Source of the DNA: Eledone cirrhosa
Taxonomy: Eukaryota
Reading direction: 5' to 3'
DNA length: 64,000 bases
Assembly: GCA_964016885.1 (NCBI GenBank)
Contig: OZ024740.1
Span: forward strand, 162,750,001 to 162,814,000
The stretch's first letter is position 1; every line of letters begins with the position of its first letter. The notes beneath the pieces are model-generated. The model was given only the letters and a program-made list of their open reading frames with translations, was not told the origin of the DNA and searched no databases. The position numbers and the translations under genes were made by a program. Positions 14,323 to 28,194 of this stretch are shown here, in pieces.

Positions 14323-14879
14323 TTAGCTGTCATGTCTGCTACACTTCAATCAATTACTGCTGTGTTTGGTTGTTCTCACATTCACGCGCGCGCGCGCACA
14401 CACACACACACACACAATCACATAGATAACGACAGTCGTACGCATAGACGCCCGCTATACACACACATTTAAGGAGAACATATAAACATACGCGTACATG
14501 CATCCAGAGAGACACGTACATAAACAGACACATGCCCACATGCCTATATACATCAACATACACACACATACACATGCATACGCATATATATACCCGTACA
14601 CACAAACAAGTACAGACATATACATAGACCCCCCTATTCCACCCACGCACACACATACATATATATATATATACACGTACCCATAGCATTAACGAGACTA
14701 ACAGTAGAACCGACAATACAAAACGGAATACCTAAGCGAACGACGTAACCCCGCCGCCCACGGTAGACATACAGATAGAAGCAACATAGAGGACGAAATA
14801 ACGGGCTGGCAAAACCCGAGACGGGTACGTGACCCAACACACATTCACACTACTGCACACACACGAAGGAACAAGACAA

Positions 14880-15783
14880 GGTCTAAGGCCGTTACTTGGT
14901 TTAACGCGCCGTATTCTAAGCATGTATGCAGCAATGTACCAGGCCTATTTTTCCGAGCGTTGGACGACTGCTTCCCGCCGTCGAGCAAATACCACAAGAT
15001 TTACAACCGCCACACGGTGAAGTTTTCCTTCTCACCGCACCTAACATGGCAGACTACATGGCCAAAACCAACGCGGCGAAGATGGGGAACCTCGACCGTC
15101 AACCGCGGCGGCCGAATTACCGTCCATCGGAGCCCGGAGGGCCCCTTGCAGACCGGTCTTCCAACTACAACCCGGCCCATGCGTCGGCCGCCACGCCCGC
15201 GGAAGACAATACAATCCAACGCCGGGCGGAAATGAGTGGCGGAGGGGAGACCACCGTGTCGGCAGAACAACACCCAGAGAATCGAGAGAGGGCCGTGGCA
15301 GATCAAGGGTAAGGCGTCCGAAATAAACAATATAACGACAGAACGTGCAACTGTAGAGCGGGCACACAGTGCCCTCTGCAGGGAAGATGTCTAACGAATG
15401 GCCTGGTATATAAATCTGAGAGTAGCACGCACAATATAAAGTGCACCTACATCGGCGCAACATCGACGACCTTTAAATCGCGGACATATAACCACACAAA
15501 CTCTTTCAAAGACCGGAGCAAGAGGCACTCTACTAGGTTGGTGGACCTGGTGTGGTACTTGAAAGACAAAGGCACCCTGTATGCCCTCAACTGGAGTATC
15601 GTTTGGGACGCGAATGCATATTCGGCTGGAAATAGGAAGTGTAGGCTATACCTATCCGAGGCCATGGAGATAGTCAGACTGAAGGATGATGCGGTCAACC
15701 TGAAATCGGAAATAATCATGACGTGCAGACACCAGAGAAGGTGCAGACTCTCCACATGGAATCCACCAGGCAGCGCAAGCTAA
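14880..15783 (+). pseudogene. Naiad-type PLE C-terminal region (GIY-YIG), frameshifted
   Basis: VTWFNAPYSKHV..FPPSSKYHKIYNRHTVKFSFS, CNCRAGTQCPLQGRC, YIGATSTTFK, LNWSIV, VNLKSEIIMTCRH. Confidence 0.85.
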
Positions 15784-16479
15784 AGACATGCGGCGGAGGG
15801 CACGCCGACCAGAGCGGCGAAACGGGTTCAAGGGATCAGACACCAAACCCTGTTGACTATATATATGCCCCGTGGGGCAAGCCGAAATAACCCAGGATGC
15901 CTACCCGACTCTGCACGTCACCCTAGGCAAAAACATCGCCTGGGCCGGGACAGGCTGACCCGGATTCCATTGATACTCAGTCAAGTGCCTTACACCAATG
16001 AGACACTATACCTGAACCACAGTGACATACTCCAGTATGGCCGGTGCATGTACCCCCCCCCCCCTGCATTGTATCTTTTCAGTAGAGAGTGCATACTCTC
16101 CACGCATTCCTGTTTGTAACACCTAATATATTTTCCATATACAGACCCACGTGTGTATCTCATACTTCTCTTGTGCACTATCTCATATGCATACACGTTC
16201 CTTCTTCTTTTTTATATATATTCTGCACGCATTTTCTATGTACGGTCTGCGCATACTATTTACTGTAATACCATGAACGCACATTATGTGATTTTGCGTG
16301 AAGATTCCATACGTGGATTGATCCATGTTCGCAAGGTAATAACATCTCTGTAGGCACATATAACAAGGTGCACCCTTTCATGTATAGCCCACTGTGTATA
16401 TTTATGTGCTGTTATATGTATATTTTTTTAATATATTTTATATATATATATGAATAAAAATAGACCGAGAAACAAGAAT

Positions 16480-16581
16480 GTCCTTCATCAGTAGTCTGCT
16501 GATTATTATTGGTATTTCTTCGCATTAAAGACTAGATACCTAAATTCAGTGCGAGCGATAACTAAATTAAGTTATAGGGAC
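16480..16581 (-). ncRNA. Non-circularly permuted hammerhead-like motif, copy 1
   Basis: GGTA-TC-TAGTCT ... GAAA-TACC ... AGACTA-CTGATGA; see findings. Confidence 0.7.
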
Positions 16582-16979
16582 AGAGGAAAACAGAGGAAAG
16601 GAAACAAACAATATGGTAGTAATGCAACGTAAAGAGAGGAAATGAGAGACAAGTCAATGAATCTTGTGGGCTTAAGTCCGACAAATCAAATGACGAGAAG
16701 AAACAGACATGTCCGAGCCACGAGAAAAGTGGGAGAGGAAAGAATTTCACGCAGGTCAGATGGGAGGAAGGGCCAGCCGAGAGTGAGTGACCAGCAGCGG
16801 GGGTGGAGGAAAGCAAGAGGTGAAGGAGAGAGAAGGGGGAGAGAGAAAGAGGATAGCAGTAAGGTGACAGAAAAAATACGAATCACAGCGAAGGGAAAAA
16901 ATATATGTGAATGAAAAATGGCGTGCTGCGTTGTTGCGAGTATGAACATATGAATAAAAGTAGACCGAGAAACAAGAAT

Positions 16980-17081
16980 GTCCTTCATCAGTAGTCTGCT
17001 GTTTATCGTTGGTATTTCTTCGCATTAAAGACTAGATACCTAAAATCAGTGCGAGCGATCACTAAATTAAGTTATAGGGAC
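16980..17081 (-). ncRNA. Non-circularly permuted hammerhead-like motif, copy 2
   Basis: Same strand order and pairings as copy 1, 500 nt away. Confidence 0.7.
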
Positions 17082-17197
17082 GGAGGAAAACAGAGGAAAG
17101 GAAACAAACAACATGGTAGTAATGCAACGTAAAGAGAGGATTTGCGGACTTAAGCCCACAAGATGCATTGACTTGTCTCTCTTTCCCTCTCTTTACG

Positions 17198-17698
17198 TCA
17201 GTTGATTGAACGTTTGAAAGTATATACTTTCCTTATGTATATTAACGGCTGAGCAGCCTAATTTGCATATCGAGTGAGTTAGTCGGCCGGGCGTACTGAA
17301 AACGATAAATGGAAAAAAGGAAATTTCATTTCTCACTCTTAGTACGGCTGATACTTAAATATAAGTACGTTCAATCAACTGACAGGAAGGTATACAGTGC
17401 TGATGACAGCTAATAAGCTAGAAACTAGTTCATCGTTCCTTTATCAGTGTTGAACAAAATGGCAACGATGGTTGCCGAACACTGTACGGCGAATAATTCG
17501 GACTGTTTGTTTACAAACAAACCGAGCATTATAATAAATGTTCGGTAAACCAATACGTACATATATATATATATGTGTGCATGTATGTATGTATATACAT
17601 ACTACTGTACGTCTGTATACATATATGTATGTACGTATACATACTTATATTTAAGTATCAGCCGTACTAAGAGTGAGAAATGAAATTTCATTTTTTCC

Positions 17699-17702
<4 letters not shown>
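17198..17702 (+). mobile_element. Diverged fold-back copy of the 420-bp retrozyme family with minimal HHR at 17394-17436
   Basis: Homologous to 18135-19893. CTGATGA-C-AGCT(AATA)AGCT-A-GAAA-CTAG-TT. Confidence 0.75.
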
Positions 17703-17777
<75 letters not shown>

Positions 17778-17801
17778 CATATATATGTATATATATATGT
17801 A

Positions 17802-17886
<85 letters not shown>

Positions 17887-17897
17887 ATATATATGTA

Positions 17898-17960
<63 letters not shown>

Positions 17961-17979
17961 ATATATATATGTATATATG

Positions 17980-18010
<31 letters not shown>

Positions 18011-18059
18011 ATATGTATATATATATATATGTATATATGTATATATATATATATATGTA

Positions 18060-18135
<76 letters not shown>
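17703..18135. repeat. Long interrupted (TA)n microsatellite, representative of dozens of (TA)n/(CA)n/(GA)n/(TACA)n tracts
   Basis: Directly visible. Confidence 0.98.
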
Positions 18136-18140
<5 letters not shown>

Positions 18141-19225
18141 AGGAAAAATGAAACGAAATTTCATTTCCCATTCTTAGTACGGCTGTTACTTAAATATAAG
18201 TATGTACACGTACATACATATATGTATACAGACGTACAGTAGTATGTATATGTATATATATACATGCACACATATATATATGTACGTATGGATTCACCGA
18301 ACATTTATTATAATGCTCGGTGTGTTTGTAAACAAACATCCCGTATTAAGCCGTAGTGTCCAGCAACCATCGTTGCTCGTTTGTTCAACACTGACAAAGG
18401 AACGCTGTACTAGTTTCAAGCTTATTAGCTATCATTAGCAACGTATACCTTCCTGCCAGATTGTTGAACGTATATACTTACCTTATGCATATTAACGGCT
18501 GAGTAGCCCAATTTGCATATCGAGTGGGTTAATCGGCCGGGTGCACCAAATACGATAAATAGGAAAAATGAAACGAAATTTCATTTCCCACTCTTAGTAC
18601 GGCTGTTACTTAAATATAAGTATGTACACGTACATACATATATGTATACAGACGTACAGTAGTATGTATATGTATATACATACATGCACACATATATATA
18701 TGTACGTATGGATTCACCGAACATTTATTATAATGCTCGGTGTGTTTGTAAACAAACATCCCGTATTAAGCCGTAGTGTCCAGCAACCATCGTTGCTCGT
18801 TTGTTCAACACTGACAAAGGAACGCTGTACTAGTTTCAAGCTTATTAGCGTGGGAAATGAAATTTCGTTTCATTTTTCCTGTTTATCTGGACACTACGGC
18901 TTAATACGGGATGTTTGTTTACAAACACACCGAGCATTATAATAAATGTTCGGTGAATCCATACGTACATATATATATGTGTGCATGTATGTATATACAT
19001 ATACATACTACTGTACGTCTGTATACATATATGTATGTACGTGTACATACTTATATTTAAGTAACAGCCGTACTAAGAGTGGGAAATGAAATTTCGTTTC
19101 ATTTTTCCTGTTTATCGTATTCGGTGCACCCGGCCGATTAACCCACTCGATATGCAAATTGGGCTACTCAGCCGTTAATATGCATAAGGTAAGTATATAC
19201 GTTCAACAATCTGGCAGGAAGGTAT

Positions 19226-19268
19226 ACGTTGCTGATGATAGCTAATAAGCTTGAAACTAGTACAACGT
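19226..19268 (+). ncRNA. Minimal type I hammerhead
   Basis: ACGTTG-CTGATGA-T-AGCT(AATA)AGCT-T-GAAA-CTAG-TA-CAACGT. Confidence 0.85.
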
Positions 19269-19647
19269 TCCTTTGTCAGTGTTGAACAAACGAGCAACGA
19301 TGGTTGCTGGACACTACGGCTTAATACGGGATGTTTGTTTACAAACACACCGAGCATTATAATAAATGTTCGGTGAATCCATACGTACATATATATATAT
19401 GTGTGCATGTATGTATATACATATACATACTACTGTACGTCTGTATACATATATGTATGTACGTGTACATACTTATATTTAAGTAACAGCCGTACTAAGA
19501 GTGGGAAATGAAATTTCGTTTCATTTTTCCTGTTTATCGTATTCGGTGCACCCGGCCGATTAACCCACTCGATATGCAAATTGGGCTACTCAGCCGTTAA
19601 TATGCATAAGGTAAGTATATACGTTCAACAATCTGGCAGGAAGGTAT

Positions 19648-19690
19648 ACGTTGCTGATGATAGCTAATAAGCTTGAAACTAGTACAGCGT
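19648..19690 (+). ncRNA. Minimal type I hammerhead (tandem partner, 422 nt downstream)
   Basis: As above with one G-U pair in stem I. The minus copy at 18402-18444 reads CTAATGA (G5A). Confidence 0.85.
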
Positions 19691-19907
19691 TCCTTTGTCA
19701 GTGTTGAACAAACGAGCAACGATGGTTGCTGGACACTACGGCTTAATACGGGATGTTTGTTTACAAACACACCGAGCATTATAATAAATGTTCGGTGAAT
19801 CCATACGTACATATATATATGTGTGCATGTATGTATATACATATACATACTACTGTACGTCTGTATACATATATGTATGTACGTGTACATACTTTTATAT
19901 ATATATA

Positions 19908-20520
19908 TATTTCGTTTCTGAATTTGTTTAGCAAGATTCTTTATCTGAAAACGTGTGTTGAAACCGATATTATTATACTTGGGGAGGGTTAGGTTGCCAA
20001 TAAGAAACACACGCAACAGTTGCTTTCACTCCGATTTATTATAAATTAAATTATAAATTTAAGAAATTTATAAATTTCCGGTTGGTTGGTTGGTTGGTTC
20101 TACAATCGGACGGTGACCTCATCAGTGACCGGAGATTCTTTTCTTTGTTTTGTGCCTTTCCTTTGTTCTGTCCTACGCCATCTTGTTTGTGTGTGTTTTG
20201 TGCTTAGTTTCCGCATGTGATACATCCGGGTGTCTGTGTGTATTTTTATTTGTTTATTTATTTGTTTATTTACATGTTACTAGTTGGTTGTTTGTTCTAT
20301 ATGTGTGTGTTTTCATTTTGTCCTCAATTGTATGTTGTGATGTTGCTATTCCATTTATGATTTCTATTTAATTTTGGTGATGAGGTCACAGAATGTGTGA
20401 CGAAAGAACTTTGACAATATATGAACAACCGTCCGGTTGTGGAACCAGCCAACCGGAAATTTATAAATCTCTTAAATTTATATTTTAATCTATAATAAAT
20501 TGGAGTGAAAGCAACTGGTA
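19908..20520. mobile_element. Fold-back PLE pLTR/tail fragment (tail family also at ~6720, 10975, 37626, 39091, 48826)
   Basis: ~20017-20100 is inverted at ~20440-20516, and each arm holds part of an HHR. Confidence 0.7.
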
Positions 20521-20897
20521 ACGAAAAGAGATCGATAAAATGAGTAGCAGACTAGTTTTTTTTTAAATTATAGTCGATCTAATCGACTAAATCACTTTAA
20601 GGCGGTACCTAGCATGGCCTCAATCTGTTCGATCACACCTGACCTACTGCTAAACAAACACATACAACAACAAAACTGGTTACTAAAGGATAAATAAGAA
20701 CTACTTCTATCAGCGAAACCAGCGACATAGTTAGTCTTAACCAGAAGCGTAAAAGTGTATCAATACCTTCCAATTACTAAAACCTCAAAACACCTAAACC
20801 TGGCAATTTAACTATATTATCTGGAACAAGCTAGACAGCGTTAAACCCCCTGTTGACTGCCATAGCTATAGTATTAATCAATGTGCTCTCTCTCCCT

Positions 20898-20958
<61 letters not shown>

Positions 20959-21027
20959 CTCTCTTTCTCTACACACACACACACATATATAAAATAAAAT
21001 TAGAATTTCATTTCTCGCCCTAGCATA

Positions 21028-21086
<59 letters not shown>

Positions 21087-21124
21087 AGGAAGTTATAGTT
21101 CTCTTGAAGCATTGCGTAATGGGG

Positions 21125-21287
21125 TATAAACGTTTGTATATGTATAATAAAGCCAAAACAATGCAGGTATGGACATAGAATAAAGAATGCAACTGCAAAA
21201 GATATTGTCAACAATATCTTTTGCATTTGCATTCTTTAGTCTATGTCCATACCTGCATTGTTTTGGCTTTATTATACATATACAAAC

Positions 21288-21294
<7 letters not shown>
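21125..21294. repeat. Near-perfect hairpin (84-bp arms, 2-nt spacer) between (TA)n tracts
   Basis: 21125-21208 versus 21211-21294, two mismatches. Confidence 0.9.
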
Positions 21295-21363
<69 letters not shown>

Positions 21364-21448
21364 GTTTACATATATATATATATAAAGTCATAAATATATA
21401 TGTGTTTTGCAACGGATCACTTTGTGGCTCAATGAAGAATTAATAAAT

Positions 21449-22246
21449 TACCAATTAGAAATTAAAAGTTAAAAATTTTTTTCAAGTGAGAATTCGGATT
21501 GAGGTGAGTAAAAAAATATAGATTGAAGTGAGTAAATAATATGGAGATAGATGTTTAAGGAAGAAGTTCTGATAGGGGTTCTAGTGTCATAGTTACTCTA
21601 TCCACATGTTGAACGACAGTGCCGTACATTAGAACGGAGGGTAAACTACAGTATTCAAGGCATTGGTAATCTGGTACACAGTCATAATTTCCATCACATG
21701 GAACAATATCAAAGAAAAACAGACATAAAAGAAAAGAACCAATAATGAATAAATGCAAAAACACAGAGTACATATATGCAAAATGATCCATATGATTGTC
21801 AATCTGTCAATGTATAGATTGAATTGAGGGGGCTTCTGTTCAAATGCGATTTGGTGCAGGGAAATAGGGGTTTATCTTATTTTTTGTTTCCGCGTATTTA
21901 TCCTGCCGAAAATTACTATTATGTCCGTCCAGTGTCAGGGGTTTCCATATATATATCATAAAATATATATATCATAAAACATGTCTATAGAATCACTAGA
22001 TAAAATATATACTGTTTCCTCTCCCAATTAGCATAATTAACCATATAAAAAATCAATTAGACCAAGCTATAAGAATAAAGGCACCTATGAAGAAATCTCC
22101 GACAAATAACCGGAGAGGAAACAGTATATATTTTATCTCGTGATTCTATAGACATGTTTTATGATATATATATTTTATGATATATATATGGAAACCCCTG
22201 ACACTCACTTGAAAAAATTTTTTAACTTTTAATTTCTAATTGGTAA
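21449..22246. repeat. Nested inverted repeats (outer ~21449-21490 / 22204-22246; inner ~21931-22024 / 22111-22204)
   Basis: Direct reading of the reverse-complement arms. Confidence 0.8.
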
Positions 22247-22719
22247 TTTTTTAATTGTTTAATTTATAATTTATAATATTTGATTTAGGACTTTAATTTT
22301 TATTTCCAACTCTCACTCTTAACTTACAATGTAAAACCATGATACTTAGAATTAAGTTTATTTTCCCTTTGAGTTGATGGTCAGTCGTACTGTCCACGCT
22401 AGTTGAGAGGTAGTATTATGACCTGTAGGAACTAACACTATCCCATCCCCTCTGGCTTTCGGCTGACTGCTACAGTCGGGATGGGTAGCAGTAGACTGTG
22501 GTACGAGCCATTGTGTGGCTGAGAGGGTGACCTGACTAAGCGAATTTCGTTGAAATCTGCGGTAGCTAATGGTCAACTTCCTTCGGACATGCGCAGACCG
22601 GTGGGGGTGAATTGGTACTCACAGGGGAACGGGTGAGAGACCCAAAAGCACGCATTTCATCCGTTCCCATGTCGATTCAATTTGGATTGCCTCGGAAACA
22701 TAACCTTATTATGTAACAA

Positions 22720-22793
22720 GCTGTCTGATGATGTCACGACACTCGCACACAGAACAGTGTGGCCAGTGTCGCCATTGAAATATATATCGCAGC
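22720..22793 (+). ncRNA. Type I hammerhead with extended stem II
   Basis: GCTGT-CTGATGA-..CGACACT..CACAC..GTGTG..AGTGTCG..-GAAA-TATATA-TC-GCAGC, ~130 nt upstream of (TA)n. Confidence 0.75.
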
Positions 22794-22916
22794 ATTATTA
22801 TTAAAGGACTTGAACATCTGAAACTACTTCGCTTTTCCTTATTCGATATTTACTCCGTCACTCCTATGTGGAAAAAGTACGTTGAGTGCTTGAATTGAAT
22901 TGCATCAATGTTTACC

Positions 22917-23450
<534 letters not shown>

Positions 23451-23851
23451 CGGGTAAAATTCCAGAGATTATTTCTGCACACAAAACTGCATTCTATATA
23501 TTTATCTCAGAGACAGCTGATCCATCATCCACTGGCCCTCCCTGTGGCTCTAAACCAGCAGAGTCATAACGACCAGACTGCTTCTTGACAGTGTAGTTAG
23601 GGGCTCTAACCCTAGTGCTGTTAAATCCACTCTCCATGGTTCTTTTTAATGACTGATAATACCTTACCGGCGCCACTCGAATAAGGTAGTTATTTAACCC
23701 ATAAATGGGGCCCTAACAGGTACTACTACTCCGGGCCAGAGCAGACCTGGGAGTGATAGCAACTAAGGGGTAACTCCACATTCCCCACAGCTCCTGAACT
23801 CTCGAACTGGAGCTTTACCACTGTATGTAGTTTAACGTCATACCCAGGACA

Positions 23852-23897
<46 letters not shown>

Positions 23898-23908
23898 AGT
23901 GTGTGTGT

Positions 23909-23994
<86 letters not shown>

Positions 23995-24297
23995 TTTAAA
24001 AGACGGAAGAGATTAGAATTTGAAAGTCGAATTAAGTTAGCAGCTTTTGGGGATTACAGAAAATACGGATGATTGCGAAAGTTAGATGTTGATGTTCAAA
24101 ATTCCTTTATTCATAAATCTGATACATATGTCAAAGGGGGTCTTGGTAACGTGATGCTTCGATCATGCAACCAGTAACGCTACATCATCAGACAGCATTT
24201 ATCTAATAAGGTTATGTTTCCAAGTTTCCAACACAATACAAGCTGAACAACAGGAGAGCGGACCAATATGGTATTTATATCACTGAAGTCCGTTCCC

Positions 24298-24348
<51 letters not shown>

Positions 24349-24367
24349 TATAAATATATAAATATAT

Positions 24368-24400
<33 letters not shown>

Positions 24401-24401
24401 A

Positions 24402-24436
<35 letters not shown>

Positions 24437-24438
24437 TA

Positions 24439-24517
<79 letters not shown>

Positions 24518-25091
24518 GATCGCGGATAAAATAGCTATCATTCATTTATCTATTGTGTCTTCATAGGTACATTTTAAACTTATAGATTCGTTTAATTGAT
24601 TTTTTATGTGGTTGATTATGCTGATTGGGAGAAGAAATACTGTATATATTTTATCAAATGATTCTATGGACTTACTTTCTTATATATATATATGTGTGTG
24701 TGTGTGTGTATGTATTTGAATTTCGTATTTCTAAAGAAATATGGTATGTTTATAAATAAACATTTAGAAAGCCATAGCTATGAATGCCACACTGGTAAAA
24801 AAAAAAGGCGTAAAAAGAAGACCAGAGATAGAGTTACACTGGAAGAGATTTATTGGTCCTATATTTCGGATTTCACATCCATCAACGGGGGGGAGGGGTC
24901 CTTCGGAAATACAAAATATAGGGACCAATAAGTCTCCTCCAAGGTAACTCTATCTCTGGTTTTCTTTTAACGCCTTTTTCTACGTTCTTTACGTCACTTT
25001 TTACGTTTCTTCCAATATTTCTCTCTCCTACTGCCACCTGATTTTGTTATCCAGAGATTTACCTATCTGCATTTTAGAGGCTTCCAAAACT

Positions 25092-25126
<35 letters not shown>

Positions 25127-25130
<4 letters not shown>

Positions 25131-25743
25131 TAAGATAAGCAGAACAAGCAAAATTTAACCAATTTTTTAAAATAAATTAAAAAATATAATTTAAATATTT
25201 ACCTACTCAAGTAGCGCTTACCGATCGGTTTCCCTTTGCAAAACACTAGAAATCCATTGGATTTCTAATGGAAAAGCAAAGTTCATCAGAGAAGCATTTT
25301 CCTTTCCTAGGGCTAAAGTCCCAGGAACGGCAAAATATATTGCCATCTGCCAGCTAGCACAGATCGAGTGAGGTCGAAAAATGACCCGTACATGAACCAG
25401 TCCGTAGCAAAAGCGGAAGTAAAACATAGACGTGTTGTCTACTTCACTACTAAAAATAGCAGCTAAATAGAACAACAGATTTGTTCTCTACATAACGGAG
25501 AATATTAAAAGAAGTTAATATGCCCACGGGTACCAAGTACCCCTGGAAATATATAGGTTGTCTATGATTCAGGGTTGTTCAATGGTATTAATTTGACATA
25601 CCAGAACTATAATATTAAGATAAGCAGAACAAGCAAAATTTAACCAATTTTTTAAAATAAATTAAAAAATATAATTTAAATATTTACCTACTCAAGTAGC
25701 TCTTACCGATCGGTTTCTCTTTGCAAAACACTAGAAATCCATT

Positions 25744-25747
<4 letters not shown>
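25127..25747 (-). mobile_element. 485-bp unit with partial tandem copy, flanked by (TA)n
   Basis: 25131 and 25616 are in register. The second copy stops inside the HHR stem II hairpin. Confidence 0.8.
25214..25295 (-). ncRNA. Type I hammerhead with extended stem II
   Basis: GCTTCT-CTGATGA-A-CTTTGC..TAGAAATCCA/TGGATTTCTA..GCAAAG-G-GAAA-CCGATCGG-TA-AG(C/A)GC. Confidence 0.75.
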
Positions 25748-25790
<43 letters not shown>

Positions 25791-25795
<5 letters not shown>

Positions 25796-26290
25796 AAGTT
25801 AAATAAAAGTCAAATGATTAAAATTTAGCTTCGTTTATTACTGCTATATATATTTCAGTGACAGCCATCTTTGGCTGTGACCTCTTCAGGCAGTTTGAAT
25901 TAGTATGGTATAGACAAGTACATATGTTGTTTAGGTGTATAATATTGTCAATACACTGATATTCCCAGTTCCTTGTTGGGTTGTTAATTCACTGAGGAAC
26001 TGGAGTCATATGACTCCAGTTCCTCAGTGAATTGACAATATTATACACCTAAACAACATATGTACTTGTCTATACCATACTAATTCAAACTGCCTGAAGA
26101 GGTCACAGCCAAAGATGGCTGTCACTGAAATATATATAGCAGTAATAAACGAAGCTAAATTTTAATCATTTGACATTTATTTAACTTTATTTTACACTAC
26201 TCCGGAGTAACCAAACCAACCTGCGCACTTCGTCGAGTGCTCCAGCCTGCATACTGAGGTGTTGGTATACAACCAACATAAACTCAAAAT
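25791..26290. mobile_element. Fold-back pLTR insertion with HHRs at 25840-25894(-) and 26089-26143(+)
   Basis: Centre GTCAT|ATGAC at ~26009. ACTGC-CTGAAGA-GGTCACAGCCA(AAGA)TGGCTGTCACT-GAAA-TATATA-TA-GCAGT. Confidence 0.88.
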
Positions 26291-27951
26291 ATATATATAT
26301 ATATATTTATATACCAATTCTGCCAAGGTGCCACCCTTATCACAGGCAATACTATCTCATCTCCTATTCTCCCATACATCAGTTACGTGTAGAATAAAGG
26401 TTTAAAATATATTCACCTGTTCTAGACTTGAACTCACAAACTAACCATTTGATAATACAATAGTTATAGAATAATAAAAGGAGAACCGCCATATAGTTGC
26501 GTGGCCTTAGATATAATAGCCAGATTTACCTTAAATTCCATTCTAAAAATGGAAGAACAAACATAAGATAATGTAGTCCTAGATATGCCTAAAAAGGTGG
26601 GGTGTTCATTGATGGAATGTCTTTGTTTGATCATAGGACTGCTAAATCAGCTCTGATCCGGGAGATGGGGGGGGGGGTGAAGATAACAGCTACAGCAACT
26701 TCGGTTCATCAACATTTCCTCTCGTTCTAATGGACAAGGCTGATCAATTGCCTATTTTTTCGAAACAGAAGATATCGTTTAGCTGAAGTAGAGTTTCACA
26801 ATGCTGACATTTAGCTGTAAATATAGTTGTAGGTCAGAGGTCATTGTGTGGTGTTGAAAGGAGAATATTTGAATAGATTGTAGATGGACTTGTTTGTGAA
26901 AATTGGACATTCGCTAATCTACAGCCGAGTTTCGGCTGAGGAATGTGGAAAATGTTTCTTTTCCATGAAGTGTAATTATTTACAAGGGATTCGCCGTGTA
27001 TTTGGCAAACAATGATGGAGCGGTTTCAAGATATAATATTTATGTACATTCGTGAAAGGGAATGTCGTTGGGTAAAGAGAAGGGAAAAAAAATCCATCTG
27101 CAATATATACAGTGTATGTGAGTGCGCGTATAAATAAATCTTTTGGCTGACATGCGCTTGGTTAAAAAAAAATGGAAGATATTTTCCCTCTATTTAAACC
27201 TTAAGCCTTCTTTAAATACAGCACACAACGCACCCAATTACTCAGTGTTGTGTTCTGTTATAAATAGAAACATTTTTTTTTAACGAATGACATGAGCCAG
27301 TTTTACTCACCTGAATAACAGACTAACACGAAGCAAATCCCTGTGTGCAGGGAAAGTAGGGACCCTCTAATATAAACATGAAACAAAAAATCAAAAGAAA
27401 AGAAACGAAGGCAGCACTGGGTTGTCTGTTATTATAAGAGTAACATTTTTTTTTTCTGTAAAAAAAAAAGACTATATCGCCAGATTTTTCTGGGTGGAGT
27501 CATATAAGAACTAACCATGGCAATCTATGATTACTATGATACCTGATGTTGATACAACTCGTATAGATCATACAACAAAGAAAACACAGCAGAACAAATG
27601 GCATTATTAATAACAACTATCAGATTCACAAACAAAATATTAAAAAAACAGCAATTTAATGTAAATATTTGAGGGTCAGAAATAGCAATACTATTGCTGT
27701 TTCGTGGATAAACGGGATTTTCTTGCTGTTGTACACAGGATAAGTGAGTCCGTTGATAATAAACAATATTTAAAAAAACCAGCTCTGTCATCGTCAACCG
27801 CTCTTGTTCAAACAACGTGATTGACATTGAGCTAAACTTATTAAGGATCAGGTTGGTGAACAAATACATACATTTAATGAAAAGACAAACACATTTCCAG
27901 CTTCAATGCCTTTCATTATACTTCTAAATATATACACACACACACTCACAT

Positions 27952-28171
<220 letters not shown>

Positions 28172-28194
28172 ATGTATATATATATATATATATA

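Larger units (their letters stand above)
16450..17197 (-). mobile_element. 500-bp tandem repeat (~1.4 copies) ending in a short fold-back; family also at ~42735-43095(+) and ~46572-47060(-)
   Basis: 16461 and 16961 are in register. ~17142-17197 is the reverse complement of ~16628-16683. All loci abut (TA)n. Confidence 0.8.
18135..19893. mobile_element. Retrozyme-like array: ~1.7 units (420 bp, minus) joined head-to-head to ~2.4 units (422 bp, plus)
   Basis: 18141/18561 and 19081/19503 are in register. Orientation flips at 18849/18850. Flanked by (TA)n, with no credible ORF. Confidence 0.88.

Noticed and set aside
17673-18242. [16 protein letters not shown] ORFs throughout the window
   Set aside because: They are translations of dinucleotide microsatellites.
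18135-19893. CRISPR-like array
   Set aside because: The units are whole-length tandem repeats without unique spacers, in a eukaryotic context.
22085-22130. ATGAAGA..TCTCCG/CGGAGA..GAAA
   Set aside because: C3 is absent and no convincing stem I or III forms.
24805-24980. Diverged inverted repeat as an HHR-bearing element
   Set aside because: The arms are visible but no ribozyme core can be assembled.
27305-27368. Possible minus-strand exon ending at GTGAGT
   Set aside because: Only splice-like motifs; no recognisable coding signal or partner exons.
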